Assembly (NCBI GenBank): GCA_043739185.1
Contig: JAYUEN010000506.1
Coordinates: 15,682 to 79,681 of the forward strand
Length of the DNA: 64,000 nucleotides
Direction: 5' to 3'
Origin: Bdellovibrionales bacterium
Lineage (GTDB): Bacteria; Bdellovibrionota; Bdellovibrionia; Bdellovibrionales; JAMPXM01
The notes under the pieces are model-generated. The model worked only from the letters and a program-made list of their open reading frames with translations, had not been told where the DNA came from and did not search any database. The position numbers were made by a program, and so were the translations under genes. Shown piece by piece: positions 40,523 through 50,805 of this stretch; position 1 is the stretch's first letter; every line of letters starts with the position of its first letter.

Positions 40523-41515
40523 ATGAGCCCAAAAAAATCGCAGAAGCTCAGCTTTTCAGTTACAGAAAATATGCTCTCTGAACGTGTCGACAAAGCACTC
40601 GCCAACATTCCTGAAATTGGCTCGCGCTCACAGGCTTTGAAGCTCTTGCAAATGGGAGCTGTACGTAAAAACGGTAGAATCATTAAACCCTCTTATAAAA
40701 TTGTGGCCGGTGATTGTTTTGACCTTGATATTCCAATTATCGAAACTGAGCATCTTCTACCTTATGATTTTCCCTTGGATATTGTATATGAAGATTCCGA
40801 TTTGATAGTTTTAAATAAACCGGCGGGCCTCGTTGTTCATCCTGCTTATGGCCACGCTCAAGACACTCTCGTAAACGCACTTTTGAATTATACAACGGAC
40901 CTTTCACTTGGATACAATGAAAAGCGACCCGGCATAGTACATCGAATTGATAAGGGCACAAGTGGCCTATTGGTCATCGCCAAAAACGACAACGCCCAAA
41001 GAGTTTTGGCAAAACAGTTTCAAAAAAAAACGACACATCGAATTTACTATGCAATCACATACGGAGTTTTTAAAAATAAATCAGACCGCATTCAAAGTTA
41101 TTTGAGTCGACATCCGGAGAATCGACAAAAAGTCATATCAACGCCAACAGAACCCGGACGACACTCGATCACTCACTACCGAGTACTTGAAGAACATAGC
41201 GGGCTCTCTCTTGTCGAACTCAAACTTGAAACTGGACGCACTCATCAAATTCGCGTTCATTTAAGTGAGTTGGGTCACCCCATTATTGGTGATCTCGTTT
41301 ATGGTTCTGGTCGTCGATCCAAAAATTTGAAGTCCTTGAAAATTAGAGCTTTTGCCGAGCAACTGCCGCGCTTTGCTTTGCACGCTGCCGAGCTTGGCTT
41401 TGTTCATCCCAGCAGTTCTAAAGAAATGATTTTCAAAGTCGGTTGGCCTTCCGACCTTATTGAACTGGTTCGACTTTGCGGCTTTAGAGAAAATCTAACT
41501 ACCGAATTGAAGTAA
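40523..41515 (+). CDS. rluD: RluA-family pseudouridine synthase (RluD-like)
   Basis: S4 domain, NKPAGLVVHP, HRIDKGTSG, GRTHQIRVH. Confidence 0.9.
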   Translation: MSPKKSQKLSFSVTENMLSERVDKALANIPEIGSRSQALKLLQMGAVRKNGRIIKPSYKIVAGDCFDLDIPIIETEHLLPYDFPLDIVYEDSDLIVLNKPAGLVVHPAYGHAQDTLVNALLNYTTDLSLGYNEKRPGIVHRIDKGTSGLLVIAKNDNAQRVLAKQFQKKTTHRIYYAITYGVFKNKSDRIQSYLSRHPENRQKVISTPTEPGRHSITHYRVLEEHSGLSLVELKLETGRTHQIRVHLSELGHPIIGDLVYGSGRRSKNLKSLKIRAFAEQLPRFALHAAELGFVHPSSSKEMIFKVGWPSDLIELVRLCGFRENLTTELK

Positions 41516-41542
41516 TTCCGCGACCATCTCAAGCTTTCACAA

Positions 41543-42133
41543 TTAGTCAGACAACCAGTGAATGCGAGCCTCGGTTTGTCGTGGAGCCTTAGGTGGATCA
41601 TGATCAGGATATCCCAAAACCAAAGCGCATAAAAGTTCGAGTCTCTTATCTTTGTATTCGGGCAAATCAGTGACACCAATAAATTCATCAACCTCTGCTC
41701 GAATTTCAAGGGGAGCACCCATGGTGCACGTCCCTAAGCCTTCTGCCACTGCTGCTAAATTCATATTTTGCACGGCCATATAAACCGAACCAATGCTGGT
41801 CAAATATCTCTCCTGGGGGTCATTGTGCGAATAACATAAAATCACCACTGGAGCATCGCCAAGTGTGAAGAAAAATCTCTCAGTAAACTGAAATAGCGAG
41901 GGCTTTAATTTCTTTTCTAGAATATCTTTGAGACCCAACCATGATTTTTGCGATAGCTTTAAATATTGATCGCGCTTCTTTCCCTGCAAAACATAAAAGC
42001 GCCAATTTTGTAGATTTTTTCCTGAAGGCGCATGCATTCCCGCTTCTATAATTTTTTGAATGACTTCCTTAGGTACCGGAGTGGCTTTGTACTTACGAAT
42101 TGATTTCCGAGCTTGGATTAGTTGGTAGAGCAT
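41543..42133 (-). CDS. Nitroreductase-family protein
   Basis: RKSIRKY, APSGKNLQNWRF, GLGTC; probable start MLYQ at 42133. Confidence 0.88.
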   Translation of the reverse strand: MLYQLIQARKSIRKYKATPVPKEVIQKIIEAGMHAPSGKNLQNWRFYVLQGKKRDQYLKLSQKSWLGLKDILEKKLKPSLFQFTERFFFTLGDAPVVILCYSHNDPQERYLTSIGSVYMAVQNMNLAAVAEGLGTCTMGAPLEIRAEVDEFIGVTDLPEYKDKRLELLCALVLGYPDHDPPKAPRQTEARIHWLSD

Positions 42134-42134
42134 A

Positions 42135-42201
42135 GCCAGAATGTACCTGCTTCTTTTTGGAGGCGCAATGCGCCTCCAAAAAGAAGCAGGTACATTCTGG
42201 C
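42135..42201. repeat. Perfect 67-bp palindrome (33-bp arms, 1-nt centre)
   Basis: gccagaatgtacctgcttctttttggaggcgca-a-tgcgcctccaaaaagaagcaggtacattctggc. Confidence 0.95.
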
Positions 42202-42397
42202 ATGTCCACGCATTTGACACTTTCAACACTCACACGACAGCTCGCTTTTATATCAATTTCTCACGTGTTTTCGATATCTTAACTTATGTCGGCTCAAGCA
42301 AGTGCAGAGATCTCATTCAGGCATCCCCCTATGAGACAGACGGCGACAGTCTAAGTCATTAATATTACTAATTTTTATTGGCCTTTTGTGGCTGGGC

Positions 42398-42415
42398 TTG
42401 GCACGAAGCTTGAAT
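42398..42415 (+). promoter_or_regulatory. Sigma54-like promoter
   Basis: TTGGCACGAAGCTTGAAT: correct -24/-12 spacing, TTGA in place of TTGC. Confidence 0.5.
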
Positions 42416-42445
42416 TAGTAAGAAGGAAAGCTCAATGGGGGAACG

Positions 42446-42895
42446 ATGATAAAAGCCAAAATACTCAAACTAATTTTTGTAGGCCTTCATTCGCTTTCAC
42501 TTATTAGCGTTTTTTATCCCGGCATTAGAGGGGCAATTAAATCTGCATTTAAAGGCTCGAGTCGCAGTGTTTTGTCATCGGTGAATACCAAGTTAGATTC
42601 AACTGAAACTGAATACAATATTTTAAAAGTACGTTCGGAAGGCAATCTCTTCTTAGAAATTTACTCGACCGATTTGGTGGGGACGATTTCTCTTCTTGAA
42701 AAATATCAACTTCCGGATGATCACGATGCCTATTTTAATTTCGGTGGAACGATGTCGAACCTTGTCGTCGCTGATATTGAAAAAACTGGTCTGCCGCAAA
42801 TCGTGGTTCCAAGTTTCGACAAAGATCTTGTTGGCCACCTCAATGTTTTTCAATTCGATAGTGGCAGCCGCAGCCTCATGAAATTCACTCGCTAA
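42446..42895 (+). CDS. Membrane-anchored hypothetical protein
   Basis: GGGGG RBS, N-terminal hydrophobic segment, FG-GAP-like ADIEKTG motif. Confidence 0.65.
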   Translation: MIKAKILKLIFVGLHSLSLISVFYPGIRGAIKSAFKGSSRSVLSSVNTKLDSTETEYNILKVRSEGNLFLEIYSTDLVGTISLLEKYQLPDDHDAYFNFGGTMSNLVVADIEKTGLPQIVVPSFDKDLVGHLNVFQFDSGSRSLMKFTR

Positions 42896-42914
42896 TCCGT
42901 CAAAGACAAATCAC

Positions 42915-43970
42915 TTATTTTTTTACAGTTTTATTTTTAAGATCTCTCCAGGATTTGCCTTCGCGTGCTTTTGGGTCTAACTGAAATTTTCCAACTGCCG
43001 CCTGATGTCCGCTAAGATCTTTTGAAAAGACGTGCGTGCCATCATTTCGGCTCACAAAGTATAAATAATCGGTCTGCGCAGGATGAAGGGCCGCATAAAG
43101 CGATGCCTTTCCTGGGTTCGATATGGGTCCGAACGGAAATCCATAATTGGTATAGGTATTGTATCTTGTGGGCGTCTCAAGATCGGAGCGATGAATATTT
43201 CCGTCATACTTCCTGCCGGCATCTAAAATGCCGTAGACCACGGTGGGGTCCGTTTGCAATTTCATTTTAATTCGGGTGCGGTTAAAAAATACACTTGCAA
43301 CTTGAGGGCGCTCCGCATCGGCACCAGTTTCTTTTTCAATGATGCTTGCAAGTATAATGTGTTGATGACGTGTGAGTTTGATCTCAGGATTTTGCTCCAC
43401 GCTTGGATAAACTTCTAGAAACCTAGTCACCATTGCCTTTACCAGTCCGCGGGCTCCCGTATACTTCGTCAAATAATAAGTCTCAGGATACAAATACCCC
43501 TCAAGGCTAGGAACTTCTTCGCCGAGCAATTCTTTAATGAGTGACTTACTTTCAACTAATTTTAGAAACTCTTCTCGTGAACCAAGTTTCTGTTTAGCTA
43601 ATTGATCTGCAATATCCCATTTATTGTATCCTTCAGGAATGGTCAGCGCGTATTCAATACTCTTTCCTGAATCCAATACACTCAAAATTTCTTTTGGAGT
43701 CATATTTTTTGAAAGTAAATATTCTCCCGTACGCACCCGTTTATTTGTCGTCAGCCGTGAGTAAATTTGAAATTTAAATGCACTTGTTACTAAGGACTTC
43801 TCTTCGAGCATGCGAGCAATTCGCTTTAAGCTTGTTCCTGGCATAACTTCAAATACCACATCTTCTTTGGTGATCGAGGTTCGAGAAGATACAAACAAAA
43901 CCGCTTCAAAAGCCGCACCAGCTAAAGCAATAAGTCCAAGTAAAATTATAAATACAAAAAATTTTTTCAA
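42915..43970 (-). CDS. mltG: Endolytic transglycosylase MltG
   Basis: LEGYLYPETY, ASIIEKE, LQTDPT, GPISNPG, YLYFVS. Confidence 0.95.
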   Translation of the reverse strand: MKKFFVFIILLGLIALAGAAFEAVLFVSSRTSITKEDVVFEVMPGTSLKRIARMLEEKSLVTSAFKFQIYSRLTTNKRVRTGEYLLSKNMTPKEILSVLDSGKSIEYALTIPEGYNKWDIADQLAKQKLGSREEFLKLVESKSLIKELLGEEVPSLEGYLYPETYYLTKYTGARGLVKAMVTRFLEVYPSVEQNPEIKLTRHQHIILASIIEKETGADAERPQVASVFFNRTRIKMKLQTDPTVVYGILDAGRKYDGNIHRSDLETPTRYNTYTNYGFPFGPISNPGKASLYAALHPAQTDYLYFVSRNDGTHVFSKDLSGHQAAVGKFQLDPKAREGKSWRDLKNKTVKK

Positions 43971-43987
43971 ATACTCACTGCCTTTCT

Positions 43988-45505
43988 CTACTTAATAGGA
44001 TCGTAGGTTAAGCCAGGCATTGAAGCCTTGACATCAAATCCCGAGGTGTCCTCAAGCGAGGCCACCGGGATCGTACAGTAAAACACGGCATAATGAGCCG
44101 TCGGCCGATCGTTGCCGGATTTACCTAGGCCCCCAAACGGCATTCGTGAGCTCGCTCCATTGGTTGTGCGATTCCAATTCACCATGCCGACTTTCGCTCT
44201 ATTGGCGGTGGTTTCGTAGAGCTCGCGACTTTTTGAAAACACCGAAGTAACCAAGCCAAATCCGGTAGAATCATTAATTTGCAAAGCCTCTTCAAAGTCG
44301 TCGACTTTATAAATGGCCACATTTGGTCCAAAGATTTCTGATTTTTGATAAACCGAATTGGGGTCAAAGGCCTTGGTCAAACAAATGCTTGGCGTCACAT
44401 AGTGACCCCGGTGTGAAGTTTCAAGCTCTTTTCCTCTCATAAGTCTCTCGCAACCCTCGCGACTTGCGATTTCTTGAAAGCGCAGATACTTCTCAACTGC
44501 CGCCGAATTGATGAGGGGGCCCATGAAATTGTTTTCTTTCCAATGCCCAATGCTTAGTTTCTTGGCCGTCTCGTAAAACTTCTCGACAAATTGATCATAA
44601 ATTTTAGAATGTAAAACAATGCGACTGGTGCACGAACATCTCTGCCCGGCAGAGATAAAGGATCCTATAGTACTTTCATAAATTGCTTTGTTGAGATCGG
44701 CATCGTGCCAAACGATCGAAGCATTTTTTCCACCCATTTCAAGTGCCAGAAGCTTCCAATGATGTTCGATAGTTTTTTGTTTAATTTTGAGTCCGGTTTC
44801 GTAAGAGCCCGTAAAAAGAACGCCATCGACATTTTCATCAGCAACCAATTTGCGCCCGGTTTCAGCTTCGCCTTGAACTAAATTGACGACACCCTTTGGG
44901 AACTCTGCCTTTTCAAATAACTGCGCCATCAACTGACCAATTGCAGGTGTCAATTCACTGGGTTTAAAAACCACCGTATTACCTGTCACCAAAGCAGGAA
45001 TGATATGTCCATTAGGAAGATGACCAGGAAAATTAAAAGGCCCTAGTACTGCCATCACTCCTCTTGGTCGATGACGAATATACCCGTCTACATTCGGAAG
45101 AGCATTTGCAATTCGCTCTTCTGCCACTAACTTGAGTGAGTATTCTAGGGTAATATCAATTTTATTGATCATCGCTTTGGCTTCTGTGGCCGACTCCCAC
45201 AAAGGCTTTCCGGTTTCCCGTGCAATGACTTCAGCAATTTGCTCGGCATGGGCCCCATATACGTCTTTCAGTTTTTTGATAAGGGCGACGCGCTTTTCAA
45301 GAGGTTCTTGTGACCATGATTTAAAAGCCCGCTTTGCCGCCAAACAGGCCAGTTCGACATGATCATGTCGGTAGCTAAGTTTCATAACTTGGTCCTTCAG
45401 ATCCGAAGGACTTATATCTAAAAACTCACCATCTGGGCGATCAGACTTCAGCCATTGGCCATCTATGTAATCACCTAAAAACGGAATCGGTTTCAATTCA
45501 CTCAT
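43988..45505 (-). CDS. astD: Succinylglutamate-semialdehyde dehydrogenase
   Basis: GPFNFPGHLPNGH, KPSE, LALEMGG, GQRC; adjacent to astA. Confidence 0.88.
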   Translation of the reverse strand: MSELKPIPFLGDYIDGQWLKSDRPDGEFLDISPSDLKDQVMKLSYRHDHVELACLAAKRAFKSWSQEPLEKRVALIKKLKDVYGAHAEQIAEVIARETGKPLWESATEAKAMINKIDITLEYSLKLVAEERIANALPNVDGYIRHRPRGVMAVLGPFNFPGHLPNGHIIPALVTGNTVVFKPSELTPAIGQLMAQLFEKAEFPKGVVNLVQGEAETGRKLVADENVDGVLFTGSYETGLKIKQKTIEHHWKLLALEMGGKNASIVWHDADLNKAIYESTIGSFISAGQRCSCTSRIVLHSKIYDQFVEKFYETAKKLSIGHWKENNFMGPLINSAAVEKYLRFQEIASREGCERLMRGKELETSHRGHYVTPSICLTKAFDPNSVYQKSEIFGPNVAIYKVDDFEEALQINDSTGFGLVTSVFSKSRELYETTANRAKVGMVNWNRTTNGASSRMPFGGLGKSGNDRPTAHYAVFYCTIPVASLEDTSGFDVKASMPGLTYDPIK

Positions 45506-45516
45506 ATATTTACCTC

Positions 45517-46533
45517 TTAGGGAATTTGCGAAATAAAAACTTTTTCTCCGGCTTCAACATCTAATACTTTTTGAGTCATTGTCGGCATTGAAATCATTGA
45601 GTCTTGAATATTGCAAAGAGTATTGATGCCGCGAAACTCTCCCTCGCGCTTAAAGCCCACAAGGGCTGTGCTATTAAATCCAGGCTTTTCAACTTGGGTT
45701 ACAGTTAGCCATTTGCCATTTTTTACCAAACTAACTTCGTCTAGCTTCGCGCCAAAGTGAGGGCCGCCGTCAAAAGGATCAACTTCATGCAAATACTTAA
45801 AACCTATTTTTTCAAGCAAGTGCTGTGCGGGAAGAGTTTCATCACCCACACGCCCAAGTACCAAACGCGAGCGAGAGTCTAAAAGAGTCATATAAATATC
45901 TTGTTCGGGAAAGAGACTGCTGATGAATTCTTTGTTTTTTTGTGAAATCAAATCGGCCTCTTGGTAAGGCAAACCAGTAAACCTTCTGCCAAGAGCTTCC
46001 CAAAATTCGCTTCTGCCGGCTTCAGCAAGTGGAGGCGTTAACTCACAAAGCAAACGGTTTTCAAAATCTTCGCGAAACATTCCCATATAAACAAAGCGAA
46101 TCAGGGAGATTTGTTTTCCTAATTTCTCCGGTCGTCTTCGGTAATTGCGATCAACTAAGAGTCCCCCAATTTCGGTGGGCCCATCGCAATCCTCTTTGAG
46201 TTGCAGGACTTGATGAATAAATCCTATGCCCAAATCTTCACTGTAGCGATCTTTCTTCACTACTTTAAAATAGTAATGTGGAACATCTTCAGTCCCATGT
46301 TTTGCCAAGATAAGAGAGCTTCCGACGATCATGCTCTCTTCGAGGTCCTCACATACAAAAAGATATTCTGCTTCTCGCGGGGGTAATTCCCCTGCAAAAG
46401 AAGCCATACTTCTTTCAATTTTTTCGGCTAGGACTTTCTTATCAGCGGGTAAATTCAATAACGAAAACTGCCCGGCCAAGTCACTCAATTGCTTCAAATC
46501 CTGAAGGTGAACATTTCTTAAAACAAAACTCAT
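45517..46533 (-). CDS. astA: Arginine/ornithine N-succinyltransferase
   Basis: NLP, YLFV, TEIGGL, FWEALGRRF, VDPFDGGP. Confidence 0.9.
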   Translation of the reverse strand: MSFVLRNVHLQDLKQLSDLAGQFSLLNLPADKKVLAEKIERSMASFAGELPPREAEYLFVCEDLEESMIVGSSLILAKHGTEDVPHYYFKVVKKDRYSEDLGIGFIHQVLQLKEDCDGPTEIGGLLVDRNYRRRPEKLGKQISLIRFVYMGMFREDFENRLLCELTPPLAEAGRSEFWEALGRRFTGLPYQEADLISQKNKEFISSLFPEQDIYMTLLDSRSRLVLGRVGDETLPAQHLLEKIGFKYLHEVDPFDGGPHFGAKLDEVSLVKNGKWLTVTQVEKPGFNSTALVGFKREGEFRGINTLCNIQDSMISMPTMTQKVLDVEAGEKVFISQIP

Positions 46534-47873
46534 AAACAGATTTTCTCCACAACTAATCGGTAAAATTCAATGGCCGTCATGAGATCACTTATTTTGACAT
46601 GTTCATTGGGGGCATGGGAATTTCCCACTCCCTGCCCTGGGCCGGTGACAACACATTCAATACCAAAGCGACTAAACACATTGGCTTCATTGGTGATGGC
46701 TTGGGTTGCTGGCTGACTATTCAAGCCCAGCTTTTCTAACTGCTGTTGGCAAAGGGCCATGAAGTCCGAAGGTCCCAAATTTTTAAATGGCTGCTTATAA
46801 TCAGTGATGCGAAAAGTCCCACCAATCGAGACACAAGTATCCTGAATCATTTTCATCCAGTTTTCGAAATTTTCATTGGTAATATTTGGTGGAATTCGAA
46901 AGCAGCCAGACAACTTAATATGATCAGGCAGCGTTCTTACCATACCTATATTGAGCGTAGGTATGGCTGGATCAAAATTTACGTCAGGAAAATTTTTAAA
47001 TTCTTCTTCGATTTGCGCAATAATTTTAAAAACCTTGTTGAGTTTTTTACCTATGGCATCTCGAATGCCACCCACCACGTCAATTTCTAAAACAGCATTG
47101 GCCGGAACGGTATTGCAATTGATGCCACCATGCATCTCCATGAGCATTAGATCTTCGGGGAGCTTCTTGAAATACTCGAACATTTTACTAATTGCGTTTT
47201 CTCCCATTTCAGGAGCTGAGGAATGCGCGGCCCGTCCCACAAAAATTTTACTTTGGGTACTCGAGCTTTCGCTTTCATCATGCAGACTGCGATATTCTAT
47301 TTCTTCTGCAGAAAAAGGAATCTCAATTTCAATTGTTCCGTAACCCTTGCCTGCACTAATCAGTCGCATACCACTTGGTTGGCCAATGAGAGCTTTTTTG
47401 GCGGCAATTTTCTTTTTTCGTATGAGCTTAATCGCTCCTTGCATTCCAATTTCTTCGCCGAAGGTGCCCACCAATACAAAAGGCAATTTCAATTGTGAGC
47501 CTATGATTGGCCTCACCGCTTCAAGCTTACATAAGAAATCAAGTTTCACATCCGCCGTACCCAAACCATAAATCGCATCTTGAAAAATACTCGCATTGAA
47601 GGGGTTGGCGTCGGTTTTTTTCCAAAGTGAAAAGTCGCCAGATTCAGGGGTGTCGAGGTGCCCTTGAAGCATAAATTCATCTTTGGGAATCTCTTTCGTC
47701 GGCCGCGCGATAATATTGGATTGCAAAATTCCGTTTTGATATTCATGTTGAATTTCGACTTTCAACCCAGCTTCACGGCAAAGTTCGGCCGCATATTGAA
47801 CGAGCTCCCAGTTACCGCTGCTGGGACTCGAATCAATTGAAATGAATTTTCGACAGGCAGATATAAAGTCCAT
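46530..47873 (-). CDS. M20-family amidohydrolase (ArgE/DapE-like)
   Basis: GHLDT, GLGTADVK, GEE, HAPNE. Confidence 0.85.
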   Translation of the reverse strand: MDFISACRKFISIDSSPSSGNWELVQYAAELCREAGLKVEIQHEYQNGILQSNIIARPTKEIPKDEFMLQGHLDTPESGDFSLWKKTDANPFNASIFQDAIYGLGTADVKLDFLCKLEAVRPIIGSQLKLPFVLVGTFGEEIGMQGAIKLIRKKKIAAKKALIGQPSGMRLISAGKGYGTIEIEIPFSAEEIEYRSLHDESESSSTQSKIFVGRAAHSSAPEMGENAISKMFEYFKKLPEDLMLMEMHGGINCNTVPANAVLEIDVVGGIRDAIGKKLNKVFKIIAQIEEEFKNFPDVNFDPAIPTLNIGMVRTLPDHIKLSGCFRIPPNITNENFENWMKMIQDTCVSIGGTFRITDYKQPFKNLGPSDFMALCQQQLEKLGLNSQPATQAITNEANVFSRFGIECVVTGPGQGVGNSHAPNEHVKISDLMTAIEFYRLVVEKICL

Positions 47874-47893
47874 TAATATAATTCCAGCACGAG

Positions 47894-49273
47894 TTACTTC
47901 ATCATTTCATGAATTGATTTTTCAATAATTTTCCCGGCGGCCTCAATGTCCTTCGTTTCAATAATCGCCGGCACCAGAAATCTCACGCGGTACGGATTTT
48001 GTCCGCATGAAAACGCAATCATTCCGTTTTGATAAAGCTTTTGCAATAATGTGTTGACCGTTTCTTTCCCGCCATCCAAGGGGGTGAAGGCAATCATGAG
48101 GCCCATGCCGCCAGCTTCAGTGACTTGACCCTTGCAGGTGCTGTCGTTCAAGCGGTTTAACATTCCGACAAATTCATTGTGCACTTTACTGATTTTTCCG
48201 TTTGGGCCTAAATAGCCTTCATTAACTAAAATATTCATGCCCTCAATGCCGGCAGAAATAGCGGCTGAAGCACCTGAAAATGTTCCCGAAACCAAGCCCG
48301 GCTTTGGATTGTATTCTTCCGTATAAAGTGTTGCGCCGGTTTGGAGAGTTTTAGCAATTGAACAGATGTCGACATATTTTCCGAGATCAAGAGTTTCAAA
48401 AGCAAAGAGCTCTCCGGTTCGCATAAAGGTTTGAACTTCGTCAAACCAGATTGCGATATTTTTTTGTTTGCAAAACTCAAGCATCGGCACAAAATATTCT
48501 CGCGGTGCTCGGCGATAGCCGCCCTCCCCAAGCATGGGCTCAAACACAAAGGTCGCAATTTGATTTTCAAATTTTGCAACGTGCTCCTTCATAATTCGCA
48601 AAGAATTTTCAGCACTCTTTGGATCTTTCGAATCATAAAACGGAATACGCAAGACTTCCTTATATTCAGGTAAGCCATGTCGGTAGCTCGGATTGTCGGT
48701 AATTTCGGCCATGGCCTGAGACCTGCCGGCAAAAGCATTGTTCATCGCCAAAATCATTTTTGCAGGCGAATGTTTTTGGCGCGCCATCTTAAGTGCATTC
48801 TCATTTGCCATCGTACCGCAAGTCGAAAGCCAGGCATATTTTAGGCGACTTTTTTTGCCAGCCAACTCGACCAATTTCTTACCCATTATGGCGTATTCAT
48901 TTCCTGGCTCAAGATTTCCCTGCATGACGACATCTGAAATTGCGCCACGAATACCAGCTTTCAAAATCTTTGGATGAGAATGCCCAAAAAGGTGAATGCC
49001 AATCCCGTTTATTAAATCAAGTTTTACACTACCGTCTTCGACTTCTACATACGCACCACGACCAGCGCCGGTACTTAGAAAAGGATAAAACAGTGGGCGC
49101 CCTCTGTACTTTGCAATTTCATCGAAAGCTTTTTTAGCTGAGTCGACAAATTCTCCTTTTGCCTCCGTCACTCCACTTAAGTTTTTTGAAATATTTGTAA
49201 CTTCATCAACCAGCTGTTCAATTAAAGCTTCGATTTTTGAGTTTCTTTGAATTTGTTTTCCGACTAGTTCCAT
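47894..49273 (-). CDS. Class III PLP aminotransferase (AstC/ArgD-like)
   Basis: FGHSHP, ANENALK, EPMLGEGG, DEVQT, AK; GGAGG RBS before ATG 49273. Confidence 0.88.
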   Translation of the reverse strand: MELVGKQIQRNSKIEALIEQLVDEVTNISKNLSGVTEAKGEFVDSAKKAFDEIAKYRGRPLFYPFLSTGAGRGAYVEVEDGSVKLDLINGIGIHLFGHSHPKILKAGIRGAISDVVMQGNLEPGNEYAIMGKKLVELAGKKSRLKYAWLSTCGTMANENALKMARQKHSPAKMILAMNNAFAGRSQAMAEITDNPSYRHGLPEYKEVLRIPFYDSKDPKSAENSLRIMKEHVAKFENQIATFVFEPMLGEGGYRRAPREYFVPMLEFCKQKNIAIWFDEVQTFMRTGELFAFETLDLGKYVDICSIAKTLQTGATLYTEEYNPKPGLVSGTFSGASAAISAGIEGMNILVNEGYLGPNGKISKVHNEFVGMLNRLNDSTCKGQVTEAGGMGLMIAFTPLDGGKETVNTLLQKLYQNGMIAFSCGQNPYRVRFLVPAIIETKDIEAAGKIIEKSIHEMMK

Positions 49274-49447
49274 GCATCCTCCGAGTTGACAACTTTTCAC
49301 TTCAGATGCTACGCATCCGAAAGCCAAAGCTCCTAGTGAGATTTTAGCCTTCGACTAAAACTTTGTATACACTCGACGCGCACCTAGCTAGAGAAGCTTA
49401 AAAAAAAGACCTTGCAGAACCAGATCAAAGATCTACAATTACAAGCT

Positions 49448-50248
49448 ATGTTACGACTCAAATCTATTTGCATCTTTGGCCTCATTTCTTGGACTTTTGG
49501 CTCCGTTTGCTTTGCTCAAGTTGGCGGAGACTCCGCATTGCTCTTTCAAAAAGCTATCGAGTCCTATAAAAAGCAAGCTTTTGATGACGCGAGAAAGTTT
49601 TTCACAGAACTTTTAAGTCAAAATAAAAGCAGTGAAGTTTATTATGACCTTGGTCTAGTTGAATATGATTCTAAAAATTTAGGCCCTGCCGTTGCCAATT
49701 GGCGCAAAGCTATTGCGCTAGATCCCCACAATCAATTGGCCCAAGACTCACTCAATTTTATTCAAAAGCGCATTGAACATCCCGAGCTCAATCGCCAAAT
49801 TGATAACTTCGAAATGCTCAGAAATCGAATTTTAATTCACAGCCAAATTGAATATTTAGCACTTTTAAGTATTTTAATCTTTGGCTGCGCATCCTGGCTC
49901 TTCCTTTCTTATTTAGGTGAAAGAAAAAGATCGCGCGAACAAGAATTATCTCCGCCTCCAGTTCCTTGGGTTTTTGGCGTCCTGCTGGTTCTATTTTTTC
50001 TCTCATTTTTCTTAAGTGGCGCAAAAGTTTACGATTTAACTTTGGCGCGCGCCACGGTTTTACCAAGCAAAATTCAAGTTTTGTCTGCTCCAGATCCCGA
50101 AAGTACAACTTTGTTTGAATTGTTTGAAGGGCTTGAGGTAATCGTAGACTCCTCCCATGACGATTTTTTGCAAATTACTTTTCCCGGTGGAATGAGCGGC
50201 TGGACTCTTAAAAAAAATCTTATGCTGAATGGCGGAAGCGAAACATGA
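49448..50248 (+). CDS. BatE-like TPR/TM/SH3 protein
   Basis: Signal, TPR (YYDLG..G.AVANWRKA), two TMs, FELFEG..SGW SH3-like end. Confidence 0.7.
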   Translation: MLRLKSICIFGLISWTFGSVCFAQVGGDSALLFQKAIESYKKQAFDDARKFFTELLSQNKSSEVYYDLGLVEYDSKNLGPAVANWRKAIALDPHNQLAQDSLNFIQKRIEHPELNRQIDNFEMLRNRILIHSQIEYLALLSILIFGCASWLFLSYLGERKRSREQELSPPPVPWVFGVLLVLFFLSFFLSGAKVYDLTLARATVLPSKIQVLSAPDPESTTLFELFEGLEVIVDSSHDDFLQITFPGGMSGWTLKKNLMLNGGSET

Positions 50249-50805
50249 ATTATTTATGGGACAATATTTTCCGAGCTAAAACCAAGCCGGGTGATTTATT
50301 ACATGCACTCAAAACCAATCATCTATTTCAAGATTTGTCAGAACGTGAGTTTAAACTTTTGCAGAATGTCGTTCACTTACGCAAATTTCATGCTGGCGAA
50401 AGTATCTTTAACCAGGGTGAAGCCGGTGTAGGAATGTATATGGTTGTAAAGGGACGGGTCGAAATTTTTGTGACCGACAAGAACGCTACAAAGGAAGAGT
50501 TTCGCGACATTTTCATTACCCAACTAACTGATGGCGATTTTTTTGGCGAGCTTTCCCTGGTCGAAGACAATAGTCGACGAACCGCCACCGCCATTGCCCG
50601 CGAAGAGTCGTCCTTGATTGGTTTTTTTAAACCCGATCTCATTGAAATTCTCAATCGCAGCCCCTCGACCGGAGTCAAAGTAGTTTATCGTTTAGCCGAA
50701 GTATTGGGTCGAAGACTAAAAGAAACCACGGCCAAAGTTTCGGAACTTCGTGCCGCACTAAAAGAAGCTCGTATTCCGCCCCCGTTAGAAGGCGATCATG
50801 CCTAA
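50245..50805 (+). CDS. Cyclic nucleotide-binding domain protein
   Basis: IFNQGE, GDFFGELSL, RRTATA. Confidence 0.9.
   Translation: MNYLWDNIFRAKTKPGDLLHALKTNHLFQDLSEREFKLLQNVVHLRKFHAGESIFNQGEAGVGMYMVVKGRVEIFVTDKNATKEEFRDIFITQLTDGDFFGELSLVEDNSRRTATAIAREESSLIGFFKPDLIEILNRSPSTGVKVVYRLAEVLGRRLKETTAKVSELRAALKEARIPPPLEGDHA

Noticed and set aside
42134..42229. N-terminal extension of the nitroreductase ORF
   Set aside because: It is a translation of the palindrome; family similarity begins at MLYQ (42133)
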